From Gemmatimonadaceae bacterium (GTDB taxonomy: Bacteria; Gemmatimonadota; Gemmatimonadetes; Gemmatimonadales; Gemmatimonadaceae), in NCBI GenBank assembly GCA_044224875.1, contig JBGAJQ010000003.1, positions 32,001 to 96,000 of the forward strand: a stretch of 64,000 nt of DNA, written 5' to 3'. The notes below the pieces were generated by a model. The model was not told the origin of the DNA. It did not search any database and saw only the letters and a list, made by a program, of their open reading frames with translations. How positions within the stretch are numbered: the stretch's first letter is position 1; every line of letters begins with the position of its first letter. Below are positions 51,181 through 59,581 of the stretch, piece by piece. The position numbers and the translations under genes are program-made.

Positions 51181-52841
51181 TCCCGGGAGGTTCAACCGCC
51201 ATCGGGACCTCCGCGGTATCCGTCGCCATCGACGGCCGGACCATGGAGGCGGCCGAAGGGCAGAGCCTGTTCGAATGCGCGGAAGCGATGGGTGTACGCA
51301 TCCCGACCTCCTGCCTCAAGCTCGGCAAGTGCCGTGAGTGTCTGGTCGAAGTCGAGGCTGGCATGGAGTTGCTCACGCCCCCCGCAGCTCAGGAAGGACA
51401 CCTCGACGGCAACTTCCGGCTCTCGTGTCGCGCGCGCCTGCTTGCCGGCGACGGCATGGTGCGCTGTCACACCCTCCGCCGCGGCGCACTACGAATCGAG
51501 ACGGAAACAGCGGGGCTGGCGGCTGGACGCGCCCTGGATCCCGCGGTGCGACGGGATGGCCGCACGGTGCTGTGGAACGGAACGCCAATCGCCGAGTGCG
51601 ATGCAAGCGCGCCGCTACACGGCATCGCGATCGATGTCGGCACCACGACCGTTGCGTTGCGGCTGTATGACCTGGAGTCAGGCGCCCTGCAAGCCACACA
51701 ATCGTTCGAGAATCCCCAGCGCTTCGGTGGATCGGACATCATGGCCCGCATCCGATACGATGGAGAACACCGCGGGCGACTGCTGCGACGAACCCTCTTG
51801 GCATACCTTGGCCATGCCATCGAGAACCTGCCCGTTCCCAGCGACACGATCTTCGAACTCGTGATCGTGGGTAACCCGACCATGCGCGACCTCCTCTTCG
51901 GGCTGGACGTGCAGCCTATTGGCCAGATGCCCTATCGGTCGGTCACCGAGGCGCAATTGCTGAACGGCACCGTGCTGACCACGAGCCTGACCATGCTCGC
52001 GCGCAAGCTTCGGCTGCCAGTACACTGGGAGGCGCGTGTCTATGGGCTCCCCCTGATCGGTTCGCATGTTGGAGCTGACGCGGCGGCCTGTGTGCTGGCT
52101 ACGGGGTTGGCGGAGTCGGACGATGTCACGGCAATCATGGACATTGGCACAAACACCGAAGTCGTCTTTGGTAACCGTCACAAGATCCTTGCCGCATCGT
52201 GCCCAGCCGGACCGGCCTTCGAAGGAGGTGGCATCTCCTGCGGCATGCCGGCGTTGGAAGGGGCGATCGAACGCGTGCGGCTGAACGAGGATGGCGTCGC
52301 CGAGATCCGTGTGATCGGGGCCGGTGCGCCGGTGGGCGTCTGCGGCTCCGGACTGGTAGACCTGATTGCCGAGTTGCGGCGGACGGGTCGCCTCAACGAA
52401 CAGGGCCGGTTTGCGGACGATACCCACGCCTTTGTCCTCGACGCTTCGCGACGGTTGCAGTTGACGGAGTCGGACATCAACGAACTGGCGCAGGCGAAGG
52501 GCGCGAACGTGGCCGGACTGCGAATCGTCGCCGACGCCTGGGGCCTGCCATTGGCCGATGTTTCCCGCATCGACCTCGCCGGTGGATTCTCGCGGCATCT
52601 GGACATCGCGGGCGCCCAACGCATCGGCCTACTACCCGACGTCGCACCAGGCCGCTTGCGCCAGGTAGGGAACGCGGCACTCGAAGGAGCTTCGATCGCC
52701 CTCCTCTCCGCGTCTCGCCGCGCCACACTGGAAGGACTCGTCAGGCAGGTCGAACATGTTCGACTGGAGACCGATCCCAAGTTCTTCGACGTGTTCGTTG
52801 ACGGATGCCAATTCGTGCCCTTTGGCGGTGCCGGCACATGA
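51177..52841 (+). CDS. ATP-dependent reductive activator of corrinoid proteins (ASKHA/DUF4445, RACo/RamA-type) with N-terminal 2Fe-2S domain
   Basis: SCLKLGKCREC...RLSC ferredoxin; IDVGTTT, NPQRFGGSDIMARI, HVGADA, DIGTNTE, AGPAFEG, CGSGL, LAGGF, GNAALEGA. Confidence 0.92.
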   Translation: MIPGGSTAIGTSAVSVAIDGRTMEAAEGQSLFECAEAMGVRIPTSCLKLGKCRECLVEVEAGMELLTPPAAQEGHLDGNFRLSCRARLLAGDGMVRCHTLRRGALRIETETAGLAAGRALDPAVRRDGRTVLWNGTPIAECDASAPLHGIAIDVGTTTVALRLYDLESGALQATQSFENPQRFGGSDIMARIRYDGEHRGRLLRRTLLAYLGHAIENLPVPSDTIFELVIVGNPTMRDLLFGLDVQPIGQMPYRSVTEAQLLNGTVLTTSLTMLARKLRLPVHWEARVYGLPLIGSHVGADAAACVLATGLAESDDVTAIMDIGTNTEVVFGNRHKILAASCPAGPAFEGGGISCGMPALEGAIERVRLNEDGVAEIRVIGAGAPVGVCGSGLVDLIAELRRTGRLNEQGRFADDTHAFVLDASRRLQLTESDINELAQAKGANVAGLRIVADAWGLPLADVSRIDLAGGFSRHLDIAGAQRIGLLPDVAPGRLRQVGNAALEGASIALLSASRRATLEGLVRQVEHVRLETDPKFFDVFVDGCQFVPFGGAGT

Positions 52842-53572
52842 CGCTCCTGCGCGAAGCCACACCATCGGCGTCGGAGCTGGCGAGCGCCGTCACGGACCGG
52901 GAGTTCGCCCGCCTCTTGTCCTGGCCACGCGAGCGTCCATTCGATGGACTCGTCGCCGAGCGTGTGGCGGGCGCCCGCGCGTGGTATGCCGCCTACGGCG
53001 ATCCGTGGGTGGCGTCTCGTCGTGTGGGGCTTCGAAGTGTGGAGCCCAACGCCGTGACGCTCGACACGGGCGCCGTTTTTCACGGATTTGATTTTGCCCG
53101 GCGATTGCTGGAGGGTGGGGCCCACGCTGCCATGGCGGTCGCAATCACCGCTGGGAGCCGGGTGGAGGAAGCGTCGCGTCGTCATTGGAGCGAGGGGCGC
53201 CCCGATGAGGGCTACTTTCTCGATCGCTTTGGGGCCGCGGTCGCCGAGGAGCTTCTTCGCTGGGCGTCCCTATGGGCGTGCCGGGATGCCGAGTCCGCTG
53301 GTGAGACCGTACTTTTCCATCTGAGCCCCGGGTGTGGCGGTTGGCCCTTCGAGGAGCAGCCGACGCTGATGGGAATGTTGGCGGACGGCGCCACGCGTCT
53401 TGGTCGCGTCACCATGCTCGAATCCGGCGGACTGACGCCGGGTCATTCGCTGCTGGCCGTGTTGGCCCTGACGGGGAACCAGGTGGCGCCAGAGGCGGCG
53501 CGCGATGCCTGTCGCAGTTGTGATCTTTTCCGGTGCACGTTCCGGCGTGCGCCGTTTCGGAGGTTGTCATGA
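52838..53572 (+). CDS. Methionine synthase activation-domain-like protein
   Basis: ATGA overlap; AVAITAG, GYFLDRFGAAVAE, LSPGCGGW (compare SPGYGDW), C-terminal CxxCxxxxC. Confidence 0.75.
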   Translation: MTLLREATPSASELASAVTDREFARLLSWPRERPFDGLVAERVAGARAWYAAYGDPWVASRRVGLRSVEPNAVTLDTGAVFHGFDFARRLLEGGAHAAMAVAITAGSRVEEASRRHWSEGRPDEGYFLDRFGAAVAEELLRWASLWACRDAESAGETVLFHLSPGCGGWPFEEQPTLMGMLADGATRLGRVTMLESGGLTPGHSLLAVLALTGNQVAPEAARDACRSCDLFRCTFRRAPFRRLS

Positions 53573-54495
53573 GTGGCAAGGCGTTGCTGGAGGCACTCGC
53601 CCAGCGGGTGTTGTTGAGTGACGGTGCGATGGGCACGCAACTGCAAGGCGCGGGCTTGGAGAGCGGTGGCTGTGGCGACGCCTGGAACCTTGACCATCCC
53701 GATCGCATCATGGCCATCCAGCGCCGCTACGTTGAAGCTGGATCGGACTGCCTCATCACCAACACGTTCGGCGGTTCACGGGTGATGCTGGAGCGTTATG
53801 ACGAGGGCGCACGGGTCGAGGCGATCAACGAGGCGGGTGCACGGGTCGCCCGCGCGGCGTTCGGAGGCCGGCCGGGGTTTGTGCTGGGAGACATCGGTCC
53901 GTTTGGAGGACTGATGGAGCCGTACGGGGACATTCCCCGGGCCACCGTGGCCGCGGCGTTCCGCGAACAGGCCCGCGGACTCGCGGCGGGGGGTGTGGAC
54001 GCGATCATCGTCGAGACCCAGACTTCGCTCGAGGAATTGCAGCTGGCGATAGAGGCCGCCCGCGAGGCTGGGGTGGACGTCGTGATCGGCTCCCTTGCCT
54101 TCGACAAGATGCTCGACGAGTGGGACGTGCGGACGATGATGGGCGTAAGTCCCGAGATGGCCGCCGAGTTTCTCACGGCGCAGGGGGCCGATGTCGTCGC
54201 GTTGAACTGCGGCACCGGTCTGGACATGGCGCTCGCCGCCGACGTCGTTCGGCGCTATCGCTCCATCACGGGACTGCCGATCATGGCACAACCAAACGCT
54301 GGGAACCCCGAGCTGATCGACTTCGAGGTCGTGTACCACGAGACGCCGGAACAGATGGCGGCCGGCGTGCCCGGATTGATAGAAGCGGGAGCCCGCATTG
54401 TTGGCGGCTGTTGCGGCTCCACGCCCGACCACATTCGGAAGTTTCGCGCGGTCATCGACGCGCATGAAGCCGCCAAGGCGGCAGGGAGGAACTGA
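53569..54495 (+). CDS. Homocysteine S-methyltransferase (stand-alone MetH Hcy-binding domain)
   Basis: DGAMGTQL, ITNTFGG, GDIGP, IIVET, ALNCG, PNAGNP, and GGCCG Zn ligands. Confidence 0.92.
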   Translation: MSGKALLEALAQRVLLSDGAMGTQLQGAGLESGGCGDAWNLDHPDRIMAIQRRYVEAGSDCLITNTFGGSRVMLERYDEGARVEAINEAGARVARAAFGGRPGFVLGDIGPFGGLMEPYGDIPRATVAAAFREQARGLAAGGVDAIIVETQTSLEELQLAIEAAREAGVDVVIGSLAFDKMLDEWDVRTMMGVSPEMAAEFLTAQGADVVALNCGTGLDMALAADVVRRYRSITGLPIMAQPNAGNPELIDFEVVYHETPEQMAAGVPGLIEAGARIVGGCCGSTPDHIRKFRAVIDAHEAAKAAGRN

Positions 54496-54827
54496 TGCGG
54501 GTGATCCTGCCCGTCGACGCCGCGAAGGCGGAGACACTATTGCCCGAGAAGCAGCCGGACGGTTCTGGCGTGGGCATCAACTACGCCGATGCGCTGCTCA
54601 AGCCGGTGAAGCTGACGCTGGAAGACGGCCGCAAGGTGGCAGTGAAGCGGCGCGGCCTCAAGCTCACGTTGACCATTGGTGACAAGACCGGGACGGCCTT
54701 GTTGCGCCGGTTGGATCACGGGCCCGACGTCCGGCGCATCTTCCGTGCAGCGCTTCGCGAGGCCGCTGCAAACGCCGGTGCGTCCGTCGATCAGGATGCG
54801 GATGGGACGTGGGTATTGGAGTGCTGA
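54495..54827 (+). CDS. Hypothetical protein coupled to the corrinoid operon
   Basis: TGATG overlap with GGAGGA RBS; 110 aa. Confidence 0.65.
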   Translation: MRVILPVDAAKAETLLPEKQPDGSGVGINYADALLKPVKLTLEDGRKVAVKRRGLKLTLTIGDKTGTALLRRLDHGPDVRRIFRAALREAAANAGASVDQDADGTWVLEC

Positions 54828-54912
54828 TACACTTGTGACGGCGCGTCGCGGTTGAGCGTACCGCCGGTACATCTGCCGTGCTGAGCGTGTTGACGCGCCC
54901 TGACGCTTAGCG

Positions 54913-55326
54913 TTAGGCGAGGCGCGTCGAGAAGATCCCGCGAACATCGTCACCCACACGGGTCAGCTTCCCCGTCGATCGGCTGACGGGGCACCACAAG
55001 GTGCGGCCCTTCGCCAGGACCTTGCCGTCGGCAGCTCGGACAATCTCGGTGAAGCGCTCGAACTTCAGTGCCTCCGCAAACCCGACCCAGGTGCGGGCGA
55101 TCACGCCCTCACCCAGGCGGGTCTGGTGCTTGTAGTCGACCTCGTGGCGGATCGCGAACCAGACCAGTTCTTCCTGTTGCTCAGGCGTTGCGGCTGAGCG
55201 CCAGTGGGCGATGGCGACGTCCTGGATCCAGCGCAGGTACACGATGTTGTTGACGTGCCCCAGCTCGTCGATGTCCTCAGGGAGGACATCGATCGAGATT
55301 TCATAGGGCGGGTTGGCCGGGTCCAT
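54913..55326 (-). CDS. Acyl-CoA thioesterase (4HBT/hotdog fold)
   Basis: DIDELGHVNNIVYLRW motif. Confidence 0.9.
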   Translation of the reverse strand: MDPANPPYEISIDVLPEDIDELGHVNNIVYLRWIQDVAIAHWRSAATPEQQEELVWFAIRHEVDYKHQTRLGEGVIARTWVGFAEALKFERFTEIVRAADGKVLAKGRTLWCPVSRSTGKLTRVGDDVRGIFSTRLA

Positions 55327-55347
55327 GTGCGAGCGGAGAAGGGTGGT

Positions 55348-56364
55348 TCACTTCACACCCAACTGTTTCTTGAGGAACGCGACCGTCTTTGGCCACGCAT
55401 CCTTCGCGGCGGCAAGATTCGCCTGCTCCTCCGCCTCGTCGCGCGTCGCCTTCGGGTCGTTCTGGGCGCGTAAGAACCCGTGCACGGCGCCCTCGTAGTT
55501 GATGCCGGTGTAGTCCTTTCCCAGCTTCTTCATGACGGAGTCCAGCTGCGGCATGGCAGCGCCAATGCGAGCGTCCTTCGATCCATTCAACAGCATCACC
55601 GGGACTTTGATCTTGGCGATGGAATCGGCGACGATGGTGGCGGGAACGGCGGCTGCGGTGGCGGTGGCCGGCGACCCACCACTGGTGTACGGCAGCCCAT
55701 AGAAGGCCACACCGCCAGAAAAGCCCTTCACTCCGCCGTTCACTGCATGGAAGAAGGTCGTTGCTCCGCCCCAGCAGTAGCCGATGACGGCGTATTTCTG
55801 GAGCGCGGCGGGCAGCATCATGGCGTAGTTCGCGGCCGCGATGACGGTCCGGTTTCTCTGCGCGGCATCCACGCCGCGAATGAGCTTCACAGCGGTGTCG
55901 GACTTCAGTTCTTCCGTGCTCGGCCCACCACGCACCAACGACAGGAAGTCCGGTGCGATGGCGATGAATCCGTCAGCAGCAACCTGATCGGCCACGCCAC
56001 GGACCCATGTCGAAAGCCCGAAGATTTCGTGGACCACCACCACGACGGGCGCCTTGCGGTTCGCGGACGGGTACACCACCCACGCCATGAGCGAGTCGGA
56101 CGATCCCGGTTCGTAGGCGATCTTCACCCATTCGCCGTGTCGCGGACTGGCCTGCAAACGGGCTGGCGCCGAAAGGTTGCTCGCTGGCAAGCCGGCCACG
56201 CCCTGTTGCGTTGCATCTGACGATGAGGCTGCCGGCGCGAGCCGATCGGCCGCGGACATGTGCGCGGTGTGATCGTCCATCGACCGCAAGGGCGAGGCGG
56301 TCGAACGAGGCATGGTGCAAGCCGACAGCACCGCACCGGCGAGGACAAACGAACGACGAAGCAT
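55348..56364 (-). CDS. Dienelactone hydrolase family protein, predicted lipoprotein
   Basis: Lipobox VLSAC, VHEIFG, GYCWG, GSKD, AVHGF. Confidence 0.88.
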   Translation of the reverse strand: MLRRSFVLAGAVLSACTMPRSTASPLRSMDDHTAHMSAADRLAPAASSSDATQQGVAGLPASNLSAPARLQASPRHGEWVKIAYEPGSSDSLMAWVVYPSANRKAPVVVVVHEIFGLSTWVRGVADQVAADGFIAIAPDFLSLVRGGPSTEELKSDTAVKLIRGVDAAQRNRTVIAAANYAMMLPAALQKYAVIGYCWGGATTFFHAVNGGVKGFSGGVAFYGLPYTSGGSPATATAAAVPATIVADSIAKIKVPVMLLNGSKDARIGAAMPQLDSVMKKLGKDYTGINYEGAVHGFLRAQNDPKATRDEAEEQANLAAAKDAWPKTVAFLKKQLGVK

Positions 56365-56615
56365 GGCTGGACTCCCGGACCGAAAATTGGAGTTGCGAGA
56401 TGGACCACCTTGCTCGGCGAAAACACAGGCGTCGCCGGCCGGATTCCAACAAATGACATGCGTGTTCGATGGGCAAGGGGCACGAACGTTCGAGAGGAGG
56501 GTGTGGGCCTGGGCCCGGTCGGCGTGCCAGGGACGCCGAGGAGTTCGGCACTCCAGCCATCAGCCGGATGTTCGGCGCGGTTGGGAATTGATCGGAGCCC
56601 GTCAGGGCGAGCCGA

Positions 56616-56629
56616 CGCAACCGATTGCG
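56616..56629. promoter_or_regulatory. LacI-family operator-like palindrome upstream of malQ
   Basis: CGCAACCGATTGCG fits GnAAnCGnTTnC; partial copy GCAATCGGATTT at 56668. Confidence 0.55.
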
Positions 56630-56788
56630 GAGACCGTTGCACGCGATCGAAGGGCCGCCTCCCCGCGGCAATCGGATTTTCACGGGAGAATGCCTGTTGC
56701 CGCCAAGGTAGCGCCGGTCGATCTTTGCGCGCGTCGCGACGGCCGTGGTCGTTTACGCGATGTGACCTTCCGCACCCCATTCGCTTCG

Positions 56789-58255
56789 ATGTCATTTCCG
56801 CGTAGCGCGGGCGTACTGCTGCATCCGACGTCTCTCCCTGGCGCCAATGGCGTCGGTGAGCTTGGCACCCAGGCGCTCAAGTTTCTTGACTTCATGTCGG
56901 CCGCCGGGCTCAAGGTCTGGCAGATGCTGCCCCTGGGACCCACGGGCTACGGCGATTCACCGTATCAGTGCTTTTCGGCATTCGCCGGTAACCCGCTGTT
57001 GATCGAAGTACCGAAGGGCGACCACGACTTCCCCGCGCACACCGTTGACTTCGCCTCGGTCATACCGTGCAAGCGCGCGCAGCTCGACCGCGTGATCGCC
57101 ACGTTTGTACCTGACGAGCGCTTTCGGGCGTTCGTGGCCGCGAACGCTTCCTGGATCGAGGACTACGCGCTCTTCATGTCGTTGAAGCAGGTGCATGATG
57201 GTGTGTCGTGGACGGACTGGGAGCCCGGCGCCGCCATGCGAGAGCCGGCGGCGCTCAAGGCGTGGAGCGACAAACTTCAGGCCTTGGTGCACCGTTACCG
57301 CGTGGAGCAGTACCTGTTCTTCGCGCAGTATCACGTGCTGCGGCGCGCTGCACACGAGCGTGGTATCTCCTTGATGGGCGACCTGCCGATCTACATTGCC
57401 CACGATTCGGCCGATGTGTGGGCCCACCGCGGCTTGTTCAAGCTGGGGACGGATGGGCGTCCGTTGGTGCAGGCCGGTGTACCGCCCGACTATTTCAGTG
57501 CGACGGGACAGCTCTGGGGAAATCCGATCTATGACTGGGAGGAGCTGAAGCGACGCGGGTACGACTGGTGGATCGAGCGTATGCGGGCGGCGCTCCAGAT
57601 GTTCGACATCGTCCGCATTGACCATTTCCGTGGATTCGAGGCGTATTGGGAAGTCGCCGGGAACGCCACGACGGCCGAGAAGGGCCAGTGGGTCAAGGGG
57701 CCGGGTGACGCGTTGTTTGTGGCGATGAAGGCGGCGTTAGGCCCACTGCCGATCGTGGCGGAGAACCTCGGCTTGATCACACCGGCTGTGGAGGCGTTGC
57801 GCGAGCGACTGGGGTTCCCAGGGATGAGCATCCTGCAATTCGCCTTCGGCGGCGATGGGCAAGCCAAGGAGTTCAAGCCCCACAATTTTCCGCGCGACCG
57901 GGTCGTGTACACGGGAACGCATGACAACGACACGACCGCCGGCTGGTGGGCGAGCACCGGGGCGGGGGACTCGACGCGAGCGGCGGACGACGTCGCGCGT
58001 GAGAAGGCCTACGCCATGCGCTACCTGGGGACCGATGGACGCGAGATGCACTGGGTGCTCATTCGGGCCGCGTTGGCTTCGGTCGCCAACACCGTGTTGG
58101 TGCCCATGCAGGACCTGTTGGGGCTAGGCAGCGAATCACGCATGAACTTGCCGGGGCGTCAGTCGGGGAACTGGGGATTTCGGTTCACGTGGGAGCAGTT
58201 GACGCCGGCGATCATTACGCGACTCCGGGAATTGATCGACACCTACGACCGTTAG
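56789..58255 (+). CDS. malQ: 4-alpha-glucanotransferase (amylomaltase, GH77)
   Basis: GVLLHPTSLPG, WQMLPLGP, GVPPDYFSATGQLWGNP, RIDHFRGF, AENLG, YTGTHDNDT. Confidence 0.95.
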   Translation: MSFPRSAGVLLHPTSLPGANGVGELGTQALKFLDFMSAAGLKVWQMLPLGPTGYGDSPYQCFSAFAGNPLLIEVPKGDHDFPAHTVDFASVIPCKRAQLDRVIATFVPDERFRAFVAANASWIEDYALFMSLKQVHDGVSWTDWEPGAAMREPAALKAWSDKLQALVHRYRVEQYLFFAQYHVLRRAAHERGISLMGDLPIYIAHDSADVWAHRGLFKLGTDGRPLVQAGVPPDYFSATGQLWGNPIYDWEELKRRGYDWWIERMRAALQMFDIVRIDHFRGFEAYWEVAGNATTAEKGQWVKGPGDALFVAMKAALGPLPIVAENLGLITPAVEALRERLGFPGMSILQFAFGGDGQAKEFKPHNFPRDRVVYTGTHDNDTTAGWWASTGAGDSTRAADDVAREKAYAMRYLGTDGREMHWVLIRAALASVANTVLVPMQDLLGLGSESRMNLPGRQSGNWGFRFTWEQLTPAIITRLRELIDTYDR

Positions 58256-58270
58256 GCATCCGAGGCCATC

Positions 58271-59581
58271 ATGGCGGAAGACCGTACGCGTTTTTGGGCG
58301 ATCTGGAACATGAGTTTCGGGTTCCTGGGCATCCAGTTCGGCTGGGCCCTGCAGATGGCGAACATGAGCGCCATTTACGAGTACCTTGGCGCCAGCGCCG
58401 ATCAGATTCCGATGTTGTGGCTGGCGGCACCGCTCACGGGACTGATCGTGCAGCCGATCATCGGGCACCTGAGCGACCATACCTGGTCGCCCACGCTGGG
58501 GCGACGGCGTCCCTACTTCCTGGTGGGAGCGATCCTGAGTTCGCTGGCGTTGATCGCCATGCCGCACGCCAGTGCACTGTGGATGGCGGCCGGCCTGCTG
58601 TGGATCCTCGACGCGTCGATCAACGTGTCCATGGAGCCGTTCCGTGCGTTCGTGGCCGACCTGTTGCCGGAGAAGGCCCGGACGCGCGGTTTTGCCATGC
58701 AGAGCCTGTTCATCGGCCTGGGGGCGGTTATCGCGTCGGCACTTCCGTGGATGTTGTCGAACTGGTTCGGCGTTGCGGCTGGCGAACCGGGAAAGATCCC
58801 GCCCACGGTGCGGTTCTCGTTCTTCATTGGGGCGGCGGCGTTCCTGAGCGCCGTGCTCTACACGATCTTCACCACTCGCGAAGACCCCCCAGCGGACCTC
58901 GCGGCGTTCCAGCAGAAGAAGGCGGCCAGCGCAGGACCGGCGGCGGCCGCGCGTGAGATTCTTTCCGCCTTTCGCGCCATGCCGGACACCATGCGGCAGC
59001 TCGCCGCGGTGCAGATCGCGACCTGGCTTGGACTCTTTTGCATGTGGCTGTACTTCCCCGTTGCGGTGGCGCGGAACGTGTTTGGGGCGGCCGATGCCAC
59101 GGCGCCTGAATACCAGAAGGGCGTCGAATGGGCGGGCGTCTGCTTCGGCGCGTACTCGGCCGTTTGCTTTGCCTTTTCGTTCTTCCTGCCGCAGGTAGCC
59201 AAGACGCTCGGACGAAAGGGGACGCACGCCGTGTGCCTGCTGTGCGGGGCCGCCGGCCTCCTGTCCGTGTCGGTGATCCACAACCCGACCATGTTGCTGC
59301 TGTCGATGGCAGGTGTGGGCATCGCCTGGGCCAGCACGCTCTCCATGCCGTATTCGATGCTGGCCAACGCCCTGCCGCCGGGCCGTACCGGGGTCTACAT
59401 GGGCATCTTCAACTTCTTCATCGTGATTCCCGAGATCGTGGCCTCGCTCGGTTTCGGCTGGGTGATGTCCCACGTGCTGCAAAACAACCGGATGGCGGCG
59501 GTTGTTGCTGGCGGCGCATTCATGGCGCTCGCCGCCCTGTTGGTGCTGCGCGTCCGCGATACCGGGGAGGCTCCCGCATGA
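58271..59581 (+). CDS. MFS sugar transporter (maltose/sucrose-proton symporter type)
   Basis: IWNMSFGFLGIQFGW, QPIIG..SD, GRRRPYF, DASINVSMEPFRAFVAD, MGIFNFFIVIP. Confidence 0.9.
   Translation: MAEDRTRFWAIWNMSFGFLGIQFGWALQMANMSAIYEYLGASADQIPMLWLAAPLTGLIVQPIIGHLSDHTWSPTLGRRRPYFLVGAILSSLALIAMPHASALWMAAGLLWILDASINVSMEPFRAFVADLLPEKARTRGFAMQSLFIGLGAVIASALPWMLSNWFGVAAGEPGKIPPTVRFSFFIGAAAFLSAVLYTIFTTREDPPADLAAFQQKKAASAGPAAAAREILSAFRAMPDTMRQLAAVQIATWLGLFCMWLYFPVAVARNVFGAADATAPEYQKGVEWAGVCFGAYSAVCFAFSFFLPQVAKTLGRKGTHAVCLLCGAAGLLSVSVIHNPTMLLLSMAGVGIAWASTLSMPYSMLANALPPGRTGVYMGIFNFFIVIPEIVASLGFGWVMSHVLQNNRMAAVVAGGAFMALAALLVLRVRDTGEAPA

Noticed and set aside
56312..56788. N-terminal extensions in the ORF track (malQ from 56312, also 7676, 28985, 49723, 59128)
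   Set aside because: Family-typical starts, RBSs or stop/start overlaps place the real starts downstream.
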